NCBI GenBank assembly: GCA_965242965.1 | Contig: OZ251518.1 | Span: 5,056,001-5,120,000 of the forward strand | From: Candidatus Poribacteria bacterium | GTDB lineage: Bacteria > Poribacteria > WGA-4E > WGA-3G | DNA length: 64,000 nt | Reading direction: 5' to 3' | Shown here: positions 9,411 through 19,344 of the stretch, piece by piece | Layout: every line of letters begins with the position of its first letter | How positions within the stretch are numbered: position 1 is the stretch's first letter | Position numbers and translations under genes: made by a program | The notes under the pieces: generated by a model | Database searches by the model: none | The model's input: only the letters and a program-made list of their open reading frames with translations | What the model was told of the DNA's origin: nothing

Positions 9411-10926
9411 GCACGCGAGAGAAACTGTCGACGTATGCGTTATCGGTTCAGGAGCGGGCGGCGCGGTTATCGCCAAAGAGCTCGCCGAAGCTGGACTCTC
9501 TGTCGTCATTTTAGAGGCAGGCGAGCATCATGAACCGAGCACCTTCACCGAATATGAACCCGACATGTTGCCCCGCCTTTTCTGGGATAGCGGCTTGCGT
9601 CGGACGCGCGACGGTGCCATCGTTATCTCGCAAGGCAGAGGTGTCGGTGGTTCGACGGTGCATAATCTCTGTTACGCAGTGAGGCCGCCGCAGCCATTAT
9701 TGGACAGATGGGGACTTCCGGATATATCCAACGCTTTCGCGCGCGTGGAGCAAACGCTTAACGTTAGGCAGATTCAAGAATCCGAAGTGAACCGCCTTAA
9801 CGCTGTCATCCGGCGCGGTTGCGAGGCGATGGAATGGCGCGGCACTGTGCAACGGCATAATCGCGGCGCGTGCACTGCGTGCGGCGCGAGGTGTCTTTTC
9901 GGATGTCCGAATTCCAAAACAGGCATCGGCAAGCAAAGCATGGCTGTCACCTATATCCCGTTGGCACTTGCGGCTGGCGCGCGCCTCTATAGCAACTGCC
10001 TCGCGGAGACGGTGCTAGTTGAAAACGATAAAGCCGTTGGCGTTTCTGCGAACTTGCTTTCAGGACGACTGACTATCCAAAGCAAGGCGGTTGTTTTGTC
10101 CGCCGGCGCGATTAATTCGCCGCAACTCTGGTTAAAAAGCCGCTTGCCGAATCCAAACCGACAGGTTGGACAAAACCTGCATCTGCATCCAGCGGTGTTT
10201 GTCGGCGGCATTTTTGATGAGATTATTGATGGCCACCTCGGCATCCCGCAAAGTTATTATATTCATGAGTTTCTGGATTTGGGGGACACCTCGGGCGTTG
10301 GGAAAACGGGTGCATATAGAAATCCCCCCGGACAATCCACACCAAAACTAGACAGCGGATACCTGCTTATGCCGGCGTTTGGCTCACAGTTGATAGTCGC
10401 AGCGAGTCTACCGGGGTTTGGCAAAAGCCATCGCGAATTGATGGAACGCTACCGCCACATCGCCGCGCTCCTCGTGCTTTTGCATGACACGACATCGGGA
10501 CGCGTATCCCTCAATCGTGATGGCACGCCGCGCATCGCGTATCGCTTGAATCGCGAGGATAAAGCGGTATTGGTTGAAGGCGCAATCAACGCCGCGCGAC
10601 TGCTACTCGCCGCAGGGGCAACGGAAATCTTGATGCCTTACACCCAACATGTCCGCATTAAAACGGAGGCAGACTTGGCGGATATCCATCGGCGCGGTAT
10701 CGTGCCAAACGATGTGATGCTGGCTTCGAGTCATCCGCAAAGCACCCTCCGCATGGGCGAAGACGCGGCGACTTCTGTCGTCACTTTTTCTGGAGAAGCG
10801 CGCGCCGTCCGGAACCTCTTCGTCGCCGATGCGAGTCTGTTTCCGGCTTCAATTGGCGTGCCACCGATGCTGACTATCGCCGCTTTGGCAGATTATGTCG
10901 CGCATCAGATTGTCAGAAAATTGTAA
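9397..10926 (+). CDS. GMC family oxidoreductase
   Basis: DVCVIGSGAGG FAD motif, GRGVGGSTVHN, VGQNLHLHP, NLFVADASLFP; probable GTG start overlapping the TPR gene. Confidence 0.9.
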   Translation: MNKNRHARETVDVCVIGSGAGGAVIAKELAEAGLSVVILEAGEHHEPSTFTEYEPDMLPRLFWDSGLRRTRDGAIVISQGRGVGGSTVHNLCYAVRPPQPLLDRWGLPDISNAFARVEQTLNVRQIQESEVNRLNAVIRRGCEAMEWRGTVQRHNRGACTACGARCLFGCPNSKTGIGKQSMAVTYIPLALAAGARLYSNCLAETVLVENDKAVGVSANLLSGRLTIQSKAVVLSAGAINSPQLWLKSRLPNPNRQVGQNLHLHPAVFVGGIFDEIIDGHLGIPQSYYIHEFLDLGDTSGVGKTGAYRNPPGQSTPKLDSGYLLMPAFGSQLIVAASLPGFGKSHRELMERYRHIAALLVLLHDTTSGRVSLNRDGTPRIAYRLNREDKAVLVEGAINAARLLLAAGATEILMPYTQHVRIKTEADLADIHRRGIVPNDVMLASSHPQSTLRMGEDAATSVVTFSGEARAVRNLFVADASLFPASIGVPPMLTIAALADYVAHQIVRKL

Positions 10927-10982
10927 ACTCACTTGCAGCATGAGTGAACGTAGTCATTGACAATGTCAATGACGGCTTAAGT

Positions 10983-11612
10983 GAGGGTGTTTCATAAATC
11001 GCTCAACGTCGCGAGGACAAGTCCCCGCGCTATTGCCGGTAGGAGAGACCTCCTGGTCTCGATGCAATACCGTAGGAGAGCCCTCCCGATCTCAATTTCT
11101 TCCCGGTAGGAGAGCCCTTGGGTTTCGATGTTCCCGTAGCGCGGGGGCCCTCGGATGCCATACGCGCATCCGAGCGGGTTTCCCTCGCGTTGTCCATCGT
11201 CAAGATGCCGTCTTAGGTCCTTTAAGTCCTACATGTCTATAGATACACGTGTCGGGCCATTTTCAAGGTCCTTTAGGTCCTTAATAAAAACCGCGCGGCC
11301 CTGGCAAAATCTATTAAGGACCTAAAGGACCTTAGTGTTCTTCGCGTTCGCGCGGGCTATAGACATTCAGGTCCTACGGACCTGAAGAGAACAAGAGACG
11401 TTTTTTCCGTAGCGCGTGTGGAAACCTGCGAGGGCCCTCGCCCTACGATGAAGGGGCTTTTTGCCGCCGCGGTCCCGGTAGGCGCGCCGCCCTATTACAT
11501 TGAGACCGGGAAGTCTCTCCTACCTCATCGAGACCAGGAGGTCTCTCCTACGGGGGCATCGCTGGCATTGAGACAGGGAGGGCTTTCCTATACAGATTTA
11601 TGAAACACCCTT
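10983..11612. mobile_element. MITE-like element with multi-family repeat cargo
   Basis: GAGGGTGTTTCATAA ... TTATGAAACACCCTT; flanks GCTTAAGT / GCTTACGT (7/8 match). Confidence 0.78.
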
Positions 11613-11659
11613 GCTTACGTAAAAAAGCATCATTGCCTCCAAAACTCTATCCGAACGCC

Positions 11660-12691
11660 ATGCGAACAACAAAAAATTCACTTCCACACCACTCTCTCGG
11701 CAACTTTCCTACCCCGGTGCATCGTCTTCGCAACCTTGGGCGTGCCATCGGCATTGACTCACTCTGGATAAAACGCGATGACTTGAGCGGCAGGCTAGGC
11801 GGCGGGAACAAGGTGCGAAAATTGGAATATCTCTTTGCGGACGCGAAGCAGAAAAATTACCAAACCCTCTTTACTCTCGGCCCCACCGGTTCAAACCACG
11901 TTCGTGCGACGGTGGTTTATGGCAAAGCGGCAGGTTTCCGCGTAGAGTGCCTCCTTTTCCGCCAGCCGCGCACTGAATATTCTGATATGAACTACCAAAC
12001 GATTTATGAACACGCGGCGCAGGTATCCGAGGTCAGACGCATGAGCACCTTGTTTGCCTATTATGCATACCAAAAGACGAGGCACGCCTTTGGCAGCGGA
12101 CCGGAACGTTATTTCATCGCCGCGGGCGGTTCGTCGCCGCTCGGTTCTGTGGGATACGTGACAGCGGTTATGGAACTCAAATCGCAGATTGATGCGGGCA
12201 TTTTACCCGAACCGCGGTTTATCTTCGTGCCTGTCGGCACTTGCGGCACGATGGCGGGGTTGATGGCAGGTGTGCGGCTTGCAGGGTTGCGAAGTCAAGT
12301 CGTCGGTATCCGCGTCTCCGATTGGATAATCGCGAATCCATGGGCGGTTTCCCGAATGGAACGGCGTATCCTGCGTCTCCTCGGCGCGACAGATGGTGGA
12401 TTTATGAACCCGCGTCCTGTTGAGCTCTGGCATCACGATTTCGGCAAAGGCTACGCTGTCCCGACAGAAGCAGGCACGCGCGCCGTAGAAATGATGATGG
12501 AATACGAGGGTATCCTCCTTGAAAATACCTATACCGGCAAGACGTTAGCGGGGTTGATGCACTATGTCAAGGCGCGGGATTGCGAAGAGGAGCCGATGCT
12601 GTTTTGGCATACGTATGGAGCCAATCAAACGGATTCCAGCAAAATTACTCATCAACAGCATACCCCTCCCCAATCGCCTCATTCACCGTAA
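11660..12691 (+). CDS. PLP-dependent D-cysteine desulfhydrase / ACC deaminase family protein
   Basis: PTPVHRL, LWIKRDD, GGNKVRKLEY, SNH, GTCGT and YTGK motifs. Confidence 0.9.
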   Translation: MRTTKNSLPHHSLGNFPTPVHRLRNLGRAIGIDSLWIKRDDLSGRLGGGNKVRKLEYLFADAKQKNYQTLFTLGPTGSNHVRATVVYGKAAGFRVECLLFRQPRTEYSDMNYQTIYEHAAQVSEVRRMSTLFAYYAYQKTRHAFGSGPERYFIAAGGSSPLGSVGYVTAVMELKSQIDAGILPEPRFIFVPVGTCGTMAGLMAGVRLAGLRSQVVGIRVSDWIIANPWAVSRMERRILRLLGATDGGFMNPRPVELWHHDFGKGYAVPTEAGTRAVEMMMEYEGILLENTYTGKTLAGLMHYVKARDCEEEPMLFWHTYGANQTDSSKITHQQHTPPQSPHSP

Positions 12692-15296
12692 CCCGCCAAT
12701 TGTTTTCAAACAGCATCCGAAACGACATCGCCGCATCATTCGGACCGGCGGCGTTCATCGTGCCATACGAACTCGAATTTCGATACGCCGCCTCTAACGT
12801 ATCGATCAAACTTTGCTTGTAAGTCGTGTCGCTGTTGCCCACAAGTTGCTGTCCTTTCGTCTCGAAAATGAGCAACCGGCGCGGCTGATTTTTCTGTCCC
12901 TGCAGACAGGCGACGAAATCGGGATAGACCCGGTCGCGCCGCCAACCCTGCAGGAAATATCCCTGCTTCGCGGCGATACGATGCCACCACTGAATCGCCG
13001 ACTTTTCATCAAGATAGAGCGCGAAATCTTTCTCCAAATTGTTGAATTCCGCCTCAAAAACCGGCTCAAATAGGTTGAGTTGCAACGCATCCCCATGCAG
13101 ACGCGTCAAAGGACTTGCCCCCTGAGACAGGTTAACCTCCAGCGTTTTCTCTAATTCGTAGTTCAGCGCGACATCTGTCTCAAGCCGAAACTGAATTGTG
13201 TTAGCCGCCAATTTCTCACGGAAGATGTCCTCAGACAACTGCTCAATGCGTTCGCGCAAGCGGAGTTTCAACACCTCCGAAAGATAAAGCCGATTCTGAA
13301 ACAGCACCTCTTCGGTTGTGCCTTGCTCGCGATAGCGGTTGAGCGTTGCTTTGACGATGCGCGCCGATTGCCACGGGTTCGGCACGACATCCGCTAAACG
13401 CCGCACGAAAAAGGCGAGCTCCAAACCTGCATCGGCACCCTCTTGCCGTGCTTTTTCAATCACCGCCTCGTCTTGCAAATGGATAGTGGCACGAATCTCC
13501 TGAAAGAGTGCCGGCGATTCCAAATCCACCGGCTCCACCGCATCGAGTTGGTGCCAGGCAATCGCGCTTAAAATATCGCGTTCATAATCGAGGGCTCGCC
13601 AGCCGCGGCCTTCCTTATGCAACACGCGCGGGAGAAAAATGTCCACCTCACGGTATTCTCGCCTGCGTTGAAGCGTTTTCTGAACACGCACCGTCACAGG
13701 ACTCTCAACGTAATCGGCAAGTCCGGTTAACCCCTCCGCCTCTAATCCCTTCTTGACGTTGCCGACAGCATCGCCGACTTTTTGGTTGAAGCAGTAGATA
13801 TAGCAACTGTCCAATTTCGCGATGTTTGTGGCGCGGGCGTGCGGTTGCCGCATCACTCTCCCGATGAGTTGCGTCATCGCTGTCTTCGCAGTGGTGTTAT
13901 CCAAAAGTGCCAATAGGTAGGCAAAAGGGCAATCCCATCCCTCCTTCAGCGCATCTTTCGTGATAATGTAGCGAACGGGGCAAAACGGACTCCCCAAGTC
14001 AAATCCAGTGAGCTCGTCTTGTTCTGACGATTTCACTTTGATTTGCTCGGCTGGCACCCCGAGGGCGTTCATCAGTTCGTCGCGCGCATCTTCCGCATGC
14101 ACCCGAATGCCATCGCGCTGGTTTTTGCCTGTCCTATCTACGCGAATTACCGCGATAGGACGAATATAACGGGCATCGGTTGTCTGAAATTGCCTTGCCG
14201 TTTCCTCAAGTGCATCGCGCTCCGCCTTCGCCTGCGCAAGCGTATACTTCCAATCCGAATCCGGGAAATTCCGAAGATGGATGGGGAGTTTTATCATCTC
14301 CTCTTCCTTGAGCGCGACACCGGAAACGTTGACGAGGATGTTGCTGATGCCGAGCTGCGGCGTGGCAGAAAGCTCCAACACAAAACGCGGATTCAGGCGA
14401 TTTACAGCCGCCACGAACTGTTGATTGTTCTCCGCGTTCCTGCTGCCGTATGCCTTGTGCGCTTCGTCCAAAATTACCGTCGGACGAAGGAGTTTCAGCA
14501 CATTGAAGAGACTCTGTTTAATCAGTCTATCGGCGCGATTAACAGCGAGGATGCCGCGAAGTTGATGCGGATATCCGGAAGTTTGAGACACGGAGGGCTC
14601 TCCTACCGTCTCCAAATCTGGCTGTTTTTCGGATAGGGCTTGATGTTCCCGAAGAGCATCCTCGATTGGGAAAAAGGAGGCATAGCCGCTGCTATCACGG
14701 AACATTTTGAGGAATTCCTTGTTCCGATTTCGGTTCGTCGCGGGCAGCATGAGGAGCATGACACAGAGGTAGTCCTCAACGTCTTGCTTCGTGAACCTAT
14801 CATCTTTCTGAAGCAGTTTGACGCGCCCACCCGATGCCCTGTCGAGGCTCTGCCGATACGGATGCTCGCGGTCCCGAAAAGCATCCCACGTCTGCGTATA
14901 GATGGCTTTCGTCGGCACGAGCCACAGCAGGAACCCTTTGCCGAGTTTGAGGCGACGCACGGCTTCCACGCCGAGCAGCGTCTTCCCACCACCTGTCGGC
15001 ACTTTGAGACAGACGTGCGGAATCGGTTCACCAGACGCGGTTTCGCGCGGAATGTATCCGGGCACCTGGTCAGCGACACCCGGCAATATCCCTTTCCCAC
15101 GTAGGGCTTCCCACGCGATGCGCGGGTAATCCGTCGCTTGTTCAGCTGCAGTCGCGGCTGCCTCTCTTAAGACAGCGGGAAGTTCTTCAACGTTAACGGA
15201 GGCGAGTTCGTCTGCTTTTTTGCGCGCGTCGCTCAGTGCGGCTAAATAGCGTTCCAGTGTGTCTAATGCTTGTTGTTGATAGTCTTTGAGTTCCAT
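12645..15296 (-). CDS. res: Type III restriction enzyme Res subunit (SF2 helicase plus PD-(D/E)xK nuclease)
   Basis: PTGGGKT, DEAH, LSATP, LKEGWDCP, QLIGRVMR; C-terminal YPDF...FETKG. Confidence 0.92.
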   Translation of the reverse strand: MELKDYQQQALDTLERYLAALSDARKKADELASVNVEELPAVLREAAATAAEQATDYPRIAWEALRGKGILPGVADQVPGYIPRETASGEPIPHVCLKVPTGGGKTLLGVEAVRRLKLGKGFLLWLVPTKAIYTQTWDAFRDREHPYRQSLDRASGGRVKLLQKDDRFTKQDVEDYLCVMLLMLPATNRNRNKEFLKMFRDSSGYASFFPIEDALREHQALSEKQPDLETVGEPSVSQTSGYPHQLRGILAVNRADRLIKQSLFNVLKLLRPTVILDEAHKAYGSRNAENNQQFVAAVNRLNPRFVLELSATPQLGISNILVNVSGVALKEEEMIKLPIHLRNFPDSDWKYTLAQAKAERDALEETARQFQTTDARYIRPIAVIRVDRTGKNQRDGIRVHAEDARDELMNALGVPAEQIKVKSSEQDELTGFDLGSPFCPVRYIITKDALKEGWDCPFAYLLALLDNTTAKTAMTQLIGRVMRQPHARATNIAKLDSCYIYCFNQKVGDAVGNVKKGLEAEGLTGLADYVESPVTVRVQKTLQRRREYREVDIFLPRVLHKEGRGWRALDYERDILSAIAWHQLDAVEPVDLESPALFQEIRATIHLQDEAVIEKARQEGADAGLELAFFVRRLADVVPNPWQSARIVKATLNRYREQGTTEEVLFQNRLYLSEVLKLRLRERIEQLSEDIFREKLAANTIQFRLETDVALNYELEKTLEVNLSQGASPLTRLHGDALQLNLFEPVFEAEFNNLEKDFALYLDEKSAIQWWHRIAAKQGYFLQGWRRDRVYPDFVACLQGQKNQPRRLLIFETKGQQLVGNSDTTYKQSLIDTLEAAYRNSSSYGTMNAAGPNDAAMSFRMLFENNWRVTVNEAIGEGYAVDE

Positions 15297-15309
15297 AGCT
15301 TGTTCCTCG

Positions 15310-15722
15310 CGTGCTGGCCCGCGTGCGCGTAGCGCGAGGGCCTGTCCCTCGCGATCGTTGTGTTAACCAAGCCCTGTCCGCGTGCGCGTAGCGCGAGGGC
15401 CTGTCCCTCGCGATCCTGGCATGGCGGGGGACAGGCCCCCGCCCTACGTTAATAGAAACCTATCCGTCTATCCGTAGCGCGAGGGCCTGTCCCTCGCGAT
15501 CCTGGCGTTAACCGCGTCCTATCCGCGTGCCCGTAGCGCGAGGGCCTGGCCCTCGCGATCGTTGCATGGCGGGGGACAGGCCCCCGCCCTACGGTAATAA
15601 AAACCTGTCCGTTTATCCGTAGCGCGAGGGCCTGTCCCTCGCGATCGTGGTGTTAACCGCGCCCTGTCCGCGTGCCCGTAGCGCGAGGGCCTGTCCCTCG
15701 CGATCCGTGGCGTTAACCGAGA
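15310..15722. repeat. Tandem array of GTAG-REP units between mod and res
   Basis: About 8 copies of GTAGCGCGAGGGCCTGTCCCTCGCG or its inverted partner, with recurring GTTAACC linkers. Confidence 0.85.
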
Positions 15723-15726
15723 CACG

Positions 15727-17490
15727 TTATTCATCCATCACAGGATAGATGTTGTAAGGCAATTGACAAAACGTAATCCCCATCGCCGTCAAATCCTTCT
15801 GACTCATGAACTTATGCGCGGCCCAAACGTATGCCTTCTTCCCATCCTTCTTGCACTGCGCCGCAATCCGCGCCGCCCGATGTCCATCTAACGCCGCGGC
15901 GTTGCTCTCTAAAAAGGCGAGATTCGGTTCATAGATGAGATAGAACCGGTGGGCATCGGTTTCGCCGAAAAGATAGTCATCATGCAGCGCGATACCCTCA
16001 AGCGAACTGCCCGTTGCGATGTAGGCGATATAGTTCGCCAAGGTCTCGTAAGCCGGTAAGGTTTCACCCGAGAGCATGCCTTCCTCGTCAATGGGCTCGC
16101 CAAGTTCGCAGTAGGTAAATGAGCCACCGAGGCCCTGCCGCAGGATTGCCTCTCTCGCAGTCGGCACGCCGTTGATGACGCGTCGGATGCGTTCCGCGGT
16201 GATGTCATCGGCGTAGTCTTCGCACTCAATGAGGATGAACTTGCGATTGCCGCCATCTGCTTTGTTAAGAGCAAGAACAGCATGCGCCGTAGTGCCACTG
16301 CCAGCAAAAGAGTCAAGGACGATGTCGTTAGGACCGGTTACTGCCTCAAAGAGCGGCTTTAACACCTCTTCGTCTTTCGGAAAAGGGAAAGGCTTGCCGA
16401 GTAGAGAACGTAATCGCTTTGTCGCAGCGCGTCCATCTCTGTAGAAAACGCTGTAAGGTATTTCGTATTCAGATTCTTTCAGGTAAACTTTAACGGTTAA
16501 CACAGACGTTTCATCAGGTCCAAACCGAATCCGATTGTCAGCAATGAGTGCGTTCATTCGCTGTTCCGTATAAACCCAACCGCGCGAAGGAACAACGCAC
16601 GCCTTGCCTGTCACCGGATGGAGGACTGGATACCGTGCGCCGTTACCTCCCGGTGCAGAGGCATTAGATGCATGATAAGGTCCACGAATATCCACATGGC
16701 AGTAATGTCTATGCCGCTTGGCTGGATGGTTATCGGGGAGCCCCTTAAACCATTCTGCCAATTCGGCTTCAATTTTCGCAAAGTCTTGTCCATGTTTCCG
16801 TTGGAGTGCGGCGTGTTTTTTGTAGATGTCGTCCAATCCCTGTTTTCGGACGCGCCACGTAGTTCCCGATTGATTCAGGAATTCGTGGTTTTTGAGGTAG
16901 CACAGGATGTAGTCGTGCGAATTGGAGAAGAGTTTTGCGTTGTTTTTGCGTCCGGCCGCCCAGACAAACTGCCCGACGAAATTGCCGGCGGGAAACATCC
17001 GCTGCGCGTCGAAAATCTCATCCATGATAGCGCGAAGGAGATGCACCTCATTGTCATCAATAGAGATAAACATCACGCCATCCTCGGCGAGTAGCTCGCG
17101 TAAGAGATGCAGGCGCGGCCACATCATGCACAACCACTTGTCATGACGTTCTAAGTCTTCAACGTCAATAGGGCTGTTTGTCGTCAACCACCGCTGCATG
17201 AGTGGGCTGTTGACGTTATCGTTGTAAACCCAGCCTTCGTTGCCTGTGTTGTAAGGCGGATCGATGTAGATGCACCTGATTTTGCCGGCGTATTTTGGGA
17301 GGAGTGCCTTGAGTGCGTGCAGATTATCGCCGTGGATGATAAGATTATCCTCCAATAAAGGCGATCTGACCCCCCCTTCATAATGTGCATTTTGAAGAGA
17401 TTTGGCGGCATCTATCTCCAACGTGCGGCAAGGCACGGTGAGGTGATGAGAATAGATAAATTGCTTGCCTTTGAAATCGAGTGTAGGCAT
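15727..17490 (-). CDS. mod: Type III RM adenine methyltransferase Mod subunit
   Basis: MPTLDFKGK start, IHGDNL, YIDPPYNTG, FISIDDNE, FPFPK, LDSFAGSGTT. Confidence 0.93.
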   Translation of the reverse strand: MPTLDFKGKQFIYSHHLTVPCRTLEIDAAKSLQNAHYEGGVRSPLLEDNLIIHGDNLHALKALLPKYAGKIRCIYIDPPYNTGNEGWVYNDNVNSPLMQRWLTTNSPIDVEDLERHDKWLCMMWPRLHLLRELLAEDGVMFISIDDNEVHLLRAIMDEIFDAQRMFPAGNFVGQFVWAAGRKNNAKLFSNSHDYILCYLKNHEFLNQSGTTWRVRKQGLDDIYKKHAALQRKHGQDFAKIEAELAEWFKGLPDNHPAKRHRHYCHVDIRGPYHASNASAPGGNGARYPVLHPVTGKACVVPSRGWVYTEQRMNALIADNRIRFGPDETSVLTVKVYLKESEYEIPYSVFYRDGRAATKRLRSLLGKPFPFPKDEEVLKPLFEAVTGPNDIVLDSFAGSGTTAHAVLALNKADGGNRKFILIECEDYADDITAERIRRVINGVPTAREAILRQGLGGSFTYCELGEPIDEEGMLSGETLPAYETLANYIAYIATGSSLEGIALHDDYLFGETDAHRFYLIYEPNLAFLESNAAALDGHRAARIAAQCKKDGKKAYVWAAHKFMSQKDLTAMGITFCQLPYNIYPVMDE

Positions 17491-17547
17491 GCGGTTTTCC
17501 TGATGTTGTCCTCGCTGTTATCCGCAACAGCGAGGACAGGTTGGAAG

Positions 17548-18111
17548 TTATACGGTGTTTTGGTTCTCGCGCGCTTTGTCGAGATTGATGGGGAGGCCGG
17601 CATTCTTCATTTCCCGCCCTAGTTTCGTCTGCCATCCATTGGCAGTGTCCATTGGCACATAGACTAGGCCGTGGATATCTGATGGCCGTTCAACACCTTC
17701 TTTGTATAGCACGCAAATTCGCTCGCTCCCTAGTTTGCTCAAAAAATAGCCGAGTTCAAAGATAACGTGTTGAGAGGCTCGGGGTTTGTGTTCCTCCACC
17801 GCTTCATTTTTCGAGGCACCGATGTCGTCGGGGGTTAGCAAGACAACGGCAAACCCTACATCGGTTGAGATTTCCTCAAACGCTTCAAAGATGGATTGCC
17901 CGTCGCTAGGTTGTTCGTGAAAGCTGACAGATCTCAATCCTAATTCGTCAACGAACCGTTTGACAGTTGTTTTCGTTTCATCGTCACGTCCATGCACGAT
18001 GAACACCGCGTCGACGGAGGCACGCTCCGGTTTTTTGGGAGATACCGTTTTGCCACGCACAAATGGTGGATTTAGGCGATGAGTCTCCACAACGTGATTC
18101 TTCGCGTTCAT
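17548..18111 (-). CDS. Stand-alone CAP12/Pycsar-type TIR-like nucleotide-binding protein
   Basis: VFIVHGRD, FAVVLLTPDD, RASQHVIFELGYF and PSDIHG family motifs. Confidence 0.88.
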   Translation of the reverse strand: MNAKNHVVETHRLNPPFVRGKTVSPKKPERASVDAVFIVHGRDDETKTTVKRFVDELGLRSVSFHEQPSDGQSIFEAFEEISTDVGFAVVLLTPDDIGASKNEAVEEHKPRASQHVIFELGYFLSKLGSERICVLYKEGVERPSDIHGLVYVPMDTANGWQTKLGREMKNAGLPINLDKARENQNTV

Positions 18112-18204
18112 AAGTTTTCTCCATTCCCGCCCTGATGCATCGATGCATCGCGGAAGTGCCGAGTGACAATCGCCACTGAAAAGATAAAGTTAAATACTGA
18201 ACCA

Positions 18205-18234
18205 ATTATAGCATTAATCCACAAATGAAGTCAA
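18205..18234 (-). promoter_or_regulatory. sigma70-type promoter upstream of TIR-mod-res
   Basis: TTGACT-18 nt-TATAAT with TGn on the minus strand. Confidence 0.6.
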
Positions 18235-18342
18235 ATTCTATCCGAAAATCCAGAACGATTCAGTTATCCCCTCGCTATAGGTTGCGCTCGCCCATCGCAA
18301 CCGGGTCAAGAGTGTTTTGGCAATCGTGCCAGAACTTCAGAA

Positions 18343-18795
18343 CTATAAAAGTCTGTTGAGATCAACAGATAGTCCTGCCCGGTTCATCTCTCGTGCCAAC
18401 TTGATTTGCCATCCACTGAATTCATCCATTGGGACATAGACTACGCCGTGGATATCCGAGGGGAGTTCAACGCTCTCTTTGTGGAGGACACAGACTTTCT
18501 CTGGGAGTTCCGATAAGAAATAGCCGAGTTCCAAGACAACGTTTTGGCGAGCCCTTGGTCTTTGTTCTGCCGGTTTATCTTTTCGCGAGCCAATATCGTC
18601 GGGCGTTAGCAAAACAATGGCAAAACAGGCCTCGGATGCGTGTAGTTTAAACTTATCAATGATCGTTCGTCCTTCGCTTGGCTGCTCGTCAAGGACGATT
18701 GGTTCTAAGTTTAAACCAACTTTATCCAGAAAAATAACGACAGCGAGTTTTGCCGCTTCGTCATGCCCATGCACGATAAACACTTTTTCATTCAT
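18343..18795 (-). CDS. Stand-alone CAP12/Pycsar-type TIR-like nucleotide-binding protein
   Basis: KVFIVHGHD, TIIDKF, FAIVLLTPDD, RARQNVVLELGYF, LPSDIHG. Confidence 0.9.
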   Translation of the reverse strand: MNEKVFIVHGHDEAAKLAVVIFLDKVGLNLEPIVLDEQPSEGRTIIDKFKLHASEACFAIVLLTPDDIGSRKDKPAEQRPRARQNVVLELGYFLSELPEKVCVLHKESVELPSDIHGVVYVPMDEFSGWQIKLAREMNRAGLSVDLNRLL

Positions 18796-19055
18796 TAGCG
18801 TTCCTCAATTAATGCTGTATCCTCTTTGCGGGGGCGCGTGTTGGCGATTTGGATCGGGACTTCCTGATACCCAGTTTCCGCATCTCGGATAGCTTCTTCT
18901 CGATTGGATTCTATTGTTTCGCGAAGCGTGATTTCCAGCGTCTCCAGCAAAGCATCACGAGTGCATTCCTGGCAATTGACACCGGGAATCTCTTGTATCC
19001 AACCGAGCCACCATCCATCACTCTGTTGGATAACGGCTGTGTAAGTTTGGGACAT
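18795..19055 (-). CDS. hicB: Short HicB-like (UPF0150) antitoxin
   Basis: YTAVIQQSDGWWLGWIQEIPGVNCQ..TRDALLETL; stop overlaps the TIR start (TAATG). Confidence 0.82.
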   Translation of the reverse strand: MSQTYTAVIQQSDGWWLGWIQEIPGVNCQECTRDALLETLEITLRETIESNREEAIRDAETGYQEVPIQIANTRPRKEDTALIEER

Positions 19056-19075
19056 TTCTTGCTCCTTTTCGACGT

Positions 19076-19322
19076 GCCGCGTGCCCGTAGCGCGAGGGCC
19101 TGTCCCTCGCGATCGCCCGCATGGCGGGAGACAGGCCCCCGCCCTACGTTGATAGAAACCTGTCCGCGTGCCCGTAGCGCGAGGGCCTGTCCCTCGCGAT
19201 CGCCCGCATGGCGGGAGACAGGCCCCCGCCCTACGTTAATAGAAATCTGTCCGCGTACCCGGGGCGCGAGGGCCTGTCCCTCGCGATCGCCCGCATGGTG
19301 GGGGACAGGCCCCCGCCCTACG
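19076..19322. repeat. Three tandem REP doublets of about 85 bp
   Basis: Repeated GTAGCGCGAGGGCCTGTCCCTCGCGATCGCCCGCATGGCGGGAGACAGGCCCCCGCCCTAC. Confidence 0.85.
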
Positions 19323-19344
19323 TTCCAAAGACGTTATCCATCTG

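Noticed and set aside
18315-18335. sigma54 promoter TGGCACGATTGC
   Set aside because: The -24/-12 spacing is wrong; it is part of a short inverted repeat.
17548-18795. Complete CBASS, Pycsar or Thoeris system
   Set aside because: No CD-NTase, PycC cyclase or ThsA-like gene is in the window.
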